A DNA stretch of 62,499 bases, counting the filler, from Nitrospinae bacterium RIFCSPLOWO2_12_FULL_45_22 (lineage in GTDB: Bacteria > 2-12-FULL-45-22): NCBI GenBank assembly GCA_001803565.1. It is 6 parts of 6 records of this genome, joined end to end, with 100 filler letters (N's around TTAATTAATTAA, not from the genome) between each part and the next. Parts side by side here need not be neighbours in the genome. Positions count along the whole stretch, not along the records: positions 50,356 to 62,499 come from MHDQ01000077.1; 5 more parts are not named here. One strand, given 5' to 3'. The translations under genes and the position numbers were made by a program. A model generated the notes under the pieces. It worked only from the letters and a program-made list of their open reading frames with translations. It was not told the origin of the DNA and made no database searches. Below are positions 57,343 to 62,499 of the stretch, in pieces; within the stretch, counting starts at the first letter, position 1, and each line of letters opens with the position of its first letter.

Positions 57343-58275
57343 TTACAGTATGATTTGGGTGCCGATCCCTTCTTCGGTAAAGATTTCCAGGAGGAGGGCA
57401 TGGTTGGTCCGGCCATCAATAATATGGGCTTTGGCTACCTGGGTTTCTAATGCCCTGAGGCAAGCCTTTACCTTGGGGATCATACCCCCACTAATAACTC
57501 CTCTCTCTATCAATCTTTGCAATTCGTCTGCCTTCAAGGTAGATAATAGCGCCCCATCCGGGGTTAAAACGCCAGGGGTATCGGTCAGCAAGACAACCTT
57601 TTCTGCCTTCAAGGCGGCAGCAATCTCCCCCGCAGCATCATCGGCATTAATATTATAGGTCTCACCCCTCTCTCCTTCACCGATAGGCGCTATGATGGGG
57701 ATGAAACCCTTCTCTTCCAGCGTAGACAATATCTCGGGATTTATATGTACGATCCGTCCTACCATCCCTAGATCAATATCGAGCGGAATCTCTAGGGCCT
57801 GGGCATTATTCCCCTCTTCAAGTCGAACATGCTCACCCACTGCCCCTGAGCTATTGAGGTGATTAAGATTGAGTTTATCAGCTTTGATCAACTGACCATC
57901 TTTACCACTCAAGCCCACAGCCCTACCACCAAAATGATTGATCAGACCCACAATCTCTTTATTTATTTGACCCACTAAAACCATCTCCACTATATCCATG
58001 GTCTCGGCATCAGTAATCCGTAAACCCTGGAAGAATCGGCTCTCTTTACCTAATCTCTTCAGCATATCACCTATCTGCGGGCCTCCACCATGGACAATAA
58101 CCGGATTTATGCCCACCAGTTTTAGTAAGATAATATCCTGGGCAAAGGCATTCTTCAGTTCCTGCTTGATCATGGTGCTCCCACCATATTTTATTACCAC
58201 GGTCTTATGCCGAAATTTTTGGATATAAGGTAGGGCCTCTATCAGCACCTCAGCCTTTTCCGCTAAACTCTTCAT
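57343..58275 (-). CDS. argB: Acetylglutamate kinase
   Basis: [33 protein letters not shown]. Confidence 0.96.
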   Translation of the reverse strand: MKSLAEKAEVLIEALPYIQKFRHKTVVIKYGGSTMIKQELKNAFAQDIILLKLVGINPVIVHGGGPQIGDMLKRLGKESRFFQGLRITDAETMDIVEMVLVGQINKEIVGLINHFGGRAVGLSGKDGQLIKADKLNLNHLNSSGAVGEHVRLEEGNNAQALEIPLDIDLGMVGRIVHINPEILSTLEEKGFIPIIAPIGEGERGETYNINADDAAGEIAAALKAEKVVLLTDTPGVLTPDGALLSTLKADELQRLIERGVISGGMIPKVKACLRALETQVAKAHIIDGRTNHALLLEIFTEEGIGTQIIL

Positions 58276-58369
58276 GTCCTCTCTTTCTCCTTTACTCTGC
58301 AGCCTAACAGGGATCAGATGTCAGCTTTATGGTCTCTATGCCCTGATCCCCGATCCCTGGCCCCTGCTT

Positions 58370-59728
58370 TTAGAGAATATAGCGACTCAAGTCCTCATCC
58401 TTCACTACATCAGCTAGTTGATCCCTCACATACCCGGCATCTATTGTCTTCTTCTTATCGGTACCATCTGAGGCCTCAAAAGATATCTCTTCTAACAACT
58501 TTTCCATGATAGTATGTAGCCGGCGGGCCCCGATATTTTCTGTCCGCTGATTGATCTGTTCGCCCATAGAGGCAATTTCTGCAATGGCATCATCGGTGAA
58601 CTGGAGTTCTAACCCCTCGGTTTGCAATAGGGCCGTATATTGCCTGATTAAGGCATTCTCTGGCTCGGTAAGGATGCGGATAAAGTCCTCCCGGGACAGG
58701 GACTCAAGTTCGACTCTTATAGGGAAGCGGCCCTGCATCTCTGGTATTAAATCTGATGGTTTAGTACTATGAAAGGCCCCGGCAGCAATAAAAAGGATAT
58801 GATCGGTCTTTACCGGGCCATATTTGGTGGTAACGGTAGAGCCTTCTACAATAGGCAAAAGATCCCTCTGAACCCCTTCTCTTGAGACATCAGGTCCATG
58901 GCTCATACCCCGGCCCGCGATCTTATCTATCTCATCCAGGAAAATAATGCCAGACTCTTCTACTCTCCTTAGCGCTTCCTGGATGACTTTATCCATATCA
59001 ATCAGCTTCTTGGCCTCTTCTTCCTTGAGAATGATCAGGGCTTCAGGTATTTTTATCTTCCGTCGCTTTTTTCGTTGGGGTAATAGATTCCCTAACATAT
59101 CCTTCAAATTTATATCCATATCTTCTATGCCAGTAGCAGAAACTACTTCAATCATAGGAAAGAACTGCTCGGGTTGTTCTATCTCTACTATGCGCTCTTT
59201 TAGCTTCCCTTCCTTTAGGTAGTTCCGTAGCTTCTCCCGGCTCTTTTTATATTGTTGCTCTTCCTGGCTTTCCAACCCTTCTATGCCCTCTATCTCTTTT
59301 TTAGAAAATGGTTTTGGTGGTAATAATAGATCCAGGAGCCGCTCCTCGGCATTGACCTCTGTTTGTTTACTGACTTCCTGCATCTTTTCTTCTTTAACCA
59401 TATTCTTACCCAGCTCTACCAACTCCCTTACCATAGACTCTACGTCCCGGCCTACATAACCTACTTCAGTAAATTTGGTTGCCTCTACCTTGATAAAGGG
59501 AGAATTGGTCAATTTTGCCAGACGTCGGGCAATCTCGGTCTTGCCTACACCAGTAGGGCCGATCATAATAATATTTTTAGGGGCTATCTCTTCTCTCAAC
59601 CCTTCAGGCAATTGCTGTCGGCGCCATCTATTCCTCAATGCAATAGCCACCGACCGCTTGGCATTTTTCTGGCCAATGATATATTTGTCTAGTTCCGCCA
59701 CGATCTGCTTGGGGGTAAATGTTTCCAT
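58370..59728 (-). CDS. hslU: ATP-dependent protease ATPase subunit
   Basis: [41 protein letters not shown]. Confidence 0.98.
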   Translation of the reverse strand: METFTPKQIVAELDKYIIGQKNAKRSVAIALRNRWRRQQLPEGLREEIAPKNIIMIGPTGVGKTEIARRLAKLTNSPFIKVEATKFTEVGYVGRDVESMVRELVELGKNMVKEEKMQEVSKQTEVNAEERLLDLLLPPKPFSKKEIEGIEGLESQEEQQYKKSREKLRNYLKEGKLKERIVEIEQPEQFFPMIEVVSATGIEDMDINLKDMLGNLLPQRKKRRKIKIPEALIILKEEEAKKLIDMDKVIQEALRRVEESGIIFLDEIDKIAGRGMSHGPDVSREGVQRDLLPIVEGSTVTTKYGPVKTDHILFIAAGAFHSTKPSDLIPEMQGRFPIRVELESLSREDFIRILTEPENALIRQYTALLQTEGLELQFTDDAIAEIASMGEQINQRTENIGARRLHTIMEKLLEEISFEASDGTDKKKTIDAGYVRDQLADVVKDEDLSRYIL

Positions 59729-59766
59729 AAGATAAAATCTCCTCAGCCATTATCTTAATCTTTCAA

Positions 59767-60303
59767 TTAATCTAGCGCTAGCTCTTCGATAGTGATGTGT
59801 TCATTAGTATAGATACATATAGCAGCAGCGATTTTCATGGCTTCCTGGACAAGCTGCCGCGCAGCTAGATTAGAGTGTGCCAGCAAAGCCCGGGCGGCTG
59901 CTAAGGCATACGCACCACCTGAGCCTATGCCGATGATGCCATCTTCCGGCTCAATAATCTCGCCCGTGCCAGAAATTATGAAGGAGTTTTTCTTGTCCAC
60001 AACGGCTAATAGGGCCTCCAGGGGGCGTAGTATCTTATCTGTACGCCAGTCCTTAGCTAATTCTACGGCAGCCCGGGGTAAGTTACCGCGGAATTCTTCT
60101 AGCTTCGCCTCAAAGCGGGAAAAAAGGGCAAAGGCATCGGCTGCCGCTCCAGCAAAACCAGTTAAGACCTGACCATTATACATACGCCTTACCTTAGAAG
60201 CATTATGTTTCATGATGGTATTGCCTAAGCTTACCTGGCCATCACCAGCCAGCACTACTTTACCTTTATGCCTGACAGATAAGATAGTTGTGCCATGGAA
60301 CAA
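59767..60303 (-). CDS. hslV: ATP-dependent protease peptidase subunit
   Basis: TTI, GDGQV, GFAG, KDWRTD, GSGG, CIYTN. Confidence 0.98.
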   Translation of the reverse strand: MFHGTTILSVRHKGKVVLAGDGQVSLGNTIMKHNASKVRRMYNGQVLTGFAGAAADAFALFSRFEAKLEEFRGNLPRAAVELAKDWRTDKILRPLEALLAVVDKKNSFIISGTGEIIEPEDGIIGIGSGGAYALAAARALLAHSNLAARQLVQEAMKIAAAICIYTNEHITIEELALD

Positions 60304-60320
60304 ATTACTCCCTCCTCCCT

Positions 60321-61211
60321 CTATTGTTTGGCCCGGGGATGGGCCTTGTCATATACCTCCATGAGCTTATCAACACTAACATGGGTATAACGCTGAGTAG
60401 TGGATAAGCTGGCATGGCCCAGGAGTTCCTGGATCATCCTCAAATCTGCGCCCGCATCCAACAGGTGAGTAGCAAAGGTATGCCGCAAGGCATGGGGGCT
60501 GATATGTCTATTCAGGGCACATTTATGGACATATTTATTGACAATATTGCGGACAGACCGATCAGTTAAAGGGCCGCCAAAACGGTTCAAAAATACTGCC
60601 CCAGAGACCTCATCCCCCATTAGTTCTGATCTTCTAAGGAGATATTCCCGCAAGGCCATGGCTGCCTTGGAACCTAAAAACGCTATCCGCTCTTTTTTCC
60701 CTTTCCCTTTAACTTTTATTACCCTTAACTCCAGGTTAAGATCCTCTACCGCAAGAGAAACGAGTTCACTGACCCTGATCCCGGTAGCATACAACACCTC
60801 CAGGATAGCCTTGTCCCGCAATCCCAGAACCGATCTGGTATCCGGAGTATCAAGTAACTGAAAGACTTCGTCTATAGGCAAAAAAGTGGGCAGTTTCTGG
60901 TCTTTTTTAGGTGAAGCCACTAAGGCCGTAGGATTCTTTACCAGGTGGCCTTCCCGCTGTAGGAACCTAAAAAAGCTCCTTATACATGCCAATTTTCGGC
61001 CAACAGAGCTCCGCTTATTGCCCTGGCTGAGCAAATGGCCCAGGAAGGCCCTGAGGGTTAACTTGTTTACCTTAGAGATATCTACCTGTTCCCTCTCCTG
61101 CAGGAATTGATAGAATTGGCCTAAATCACTCAGGTAATTCCTTACCGTATGAGGCGAGTAGCCTTTTTCGATCTCCAGATAGGCATTAAATGCCTGGATA
61201 TATTCCTCCAA
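60321..61211 (-). CDS. xerC: Tyrosine recombinase XerC
   Basis: [38 protein letters not shown]; trmFO-xerC-hslVU context. Confidence 0.92.
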   Translation of the reverse strand: MEEYIQAFNAYLEIEKGYSPHTVRNYLSDLGQFYQFLQEREQVDISKVNKLTLRAFLGHLLSQGNKRSSVGRKLACIRSFFRFLQREGHLVKNPTALVASPKKDQKLPTFLPIDEVFQLLDTPDTRSVLGLRDKAILEVLYATGIRVSELVSLAVEDLNLELRVIKVKGKGKKERIAFLGSKAAMALREYLLRRSELMGDEVSGAVFLNRFGGPLTDRSVRNIVNKYVHKCALNRHISPHALRHTFATHLLDAGADLRMIQELLGHASLSTTQRYTHVSVDKLMEVYDKAHPRAKQ

Positions 61212-61410
61212 ATTCTTTTAACCCCTTTCTGTTTTGTCATGGGTCATTGGTCAGTTATTATAATAACATAACTCCATTCACAAGTGTTACTCCTGGGATC
61301 AATAACGATGCCTGGCCGAGGTCTATAGGCGATGTGGATGAAAATTCTTATGGGTGTGGCTATTCTTTGTCAGAAATCCATTAACAATGGTAGTGGCAGA
61401 GCTTGCTCTG

Positions 61411-62499
61411 CTAGTAATGACTAATGACCAGTTTAATCTCATGCTGCCATTCTTCTATAGCCTTTAGGGCCCGCAAGGCTAAGAGGTTCTTTTTCTCTCT
61501 TTTATTTTTTATTCTAACCTCTAATGGAGGTAATAAGCCATAGTTAAAATTCATGGGCTGGAAAGAGCTGGGGTTGGCCTGGGTAAGGTAGGCTACCAGG
61601 GCCCCCAGGGCGGTAATATCTTTTGGCACAGTAAGTTCTTTGCCCTGTATAAGTCTGGCGGCATTAATCCCGGCCAATAGGCCAGTAGCTACTGACTCCA
61701 AATAACCCTCTACACCGGTAATTTGCCCGGCAAAAAACCAATTTAATCTAATACGTAATTGCAAGGTCTTGAGCAGGAGCTTGGGGGCATTGATAAACGT
61801 GTTGCGGTGCAAGCTGCCAAAGCGGAAAAACTCCCCGCGCTCTAACCCCGGTATCAAGCGAAATACCCTCTTTTGTTCCGGGTAAGTGAGCTTGGTCTGG
61901 AACCCTACCAGGTTATAATGGCTAGCCTGCAGATTCTCTTTCCTCAATTGCACCACAGCATAGGGTGTCTTATTGCTGCCGGGATATTTTAAGCCCACTG
62001 GCTTAAGGGGTCCGTATGCCAGGGCTTCTCGGCCCCTTGATGCCAATTCTTCTATAGGCAGACAGGCTTCAAAAAAGGCCCTTTGCTCAAAATCCCGGGG
62101 CAGGACCTTTCCGGCATGGATTAATTCTTGCACCAGACGATCATATTCCTCTTTATTCAGGGGACAGTTCAGATAATCCTTTCCACCCTTATCATAGCGG
62201 GAGGCGAAAAAGGTTTTATTGTAGTCAATAGATTCTCCATCTATTATAGGAGATATGGCATCATAAAAATGGAGGTTTTTTTCCCCGGTCAGTTGCGAGA
62301 GATATTGGGCCAGGGGATCAGAAGTCAGGGGGCCAGAGGCAATGATCACTACTTGCTCTGGTGGCAATACAGTTACTTCTTCTCGGTGTATTGCGATATT
62401 TGGGTGGGTTTCCAATGCAGCGGTCACCTGTTCGGCAAAGGTTTTCCGGTCAACGGCCAGGGCACTGCCGGCCGGTACCCGGCTCTGCTCGGCTATCTG
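61411..62499 (-). CDS. trmFO: tRNA m5U54 methyltransferase TrmFO (5' partial)
   Basis: PAGSALAVDR, FYDAISP, VGFQT, HRNTF, AGQITGVEGY, FQPMN. Confidence 0.96.
   Translation of the reverse strand, partial: QIAEQSRVPAGSALAVDRKTFAEQVTAALETHPNIAIHREEVTVLPPEQVVIIASGPLTSDPLAQYLSQLTGEKNLHFYDAISPIIDGESIDYNKTFFASRYDKGGKDYLNCPLNKEEYDRLVQELIHAGKVLPRDFEQRAFFEACLPIEELASRGREALAYGPLKPVGLKYPGSNKTPYAVVQLRKENLQASHYNLVGFQTKLTYPEQKRVFRLIPGLERGEFFRFGSLHRNTFINAPKLLLKTLQLRIRLNWFFAGQITGVEGYLESVATGLLAGINAARLIQGKELTVPKDITALGALVAYLTQANPSSFQPMNFNYGLLPPLEVRIKNKREKKNLLALRALKAIEEWQHEIKLVISHY

Noticed and set aside
60321-61211. Recombinase as integron integrase or prophage integrase
   Set aside because: No IntI-specific insertion, housekeeping trmFO-xerC-hslVU context, and on a different contig from the attC
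61260-61390. Possible second RAYT-like remnant between trmFO and xerC
   Set aside because: Resemblance too weak to support by eye
1-62499. tRNA, rRNA, riboswitch or retron/DGR signals
   Set aside because: None recognised; intergenic hairpins are explained by repeat families and there is no reverse transcriptase. A covariance-model scan would be needed to exclude small RNAs

Overview
This window is six unrelated contig pieces (1-9277, 9378-19245, 19346-27301, 27402-41617, 41718-50255, 50356-62499) joined by artificial 100-bp N-TTAATTAATTAA-N linkers, so adjacency across a linker means nothing. The gene content fits a diderm, probably anaerobic bacterium, likely a metagenome assembly; I cannot fix the taxon. 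Piece 1: PEP-CTERM/exopolysaccharide locus (TPR lipoprotein, two VPLPA-CTERM proteins, a 5'-truncated Wzc-like copolymerase, a BY-kinase with an inserted DUF4388-like/MshEN-motif domain), IS91 debris and toxin-antitoxin genes. Piece 2: housekeeping (ccdA, lipid A acyltransferase, aroE, rodZ, epimerase, nadB, ftsK). Piece 3: a defence-type operon (HTH, DUF499-like ATPase, stand-alone PglZ-like protein, Schlafen/AlbA_2 protein, DUF1156 methylase) and the end of a DRG-like GTPase. Piece 4: a glycan methyltransferase whose coiled coil is built from 75-bp repeats, pal, four Ala-zipper lipoproteins in A-B-A'-B' order, nlpD-like, apt, an orphan nitrogenase-like D/K pair, and a TIR gene with integron-cassette structure. 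Piece 5: TA remnants and a probable copper-handling envelope operon. Piece 6: ArsA/Get3-like pair, BzdN/BzdO-like pair, a degenerate cyclase and trmFO-xerC-hslVU-argB. Intergenic spaces are full of nested palindromic and heptamer repeats. I saw no rRNA, tRNA or CRISPR array. All family calls come from reading motifs by eye, not from database searches.
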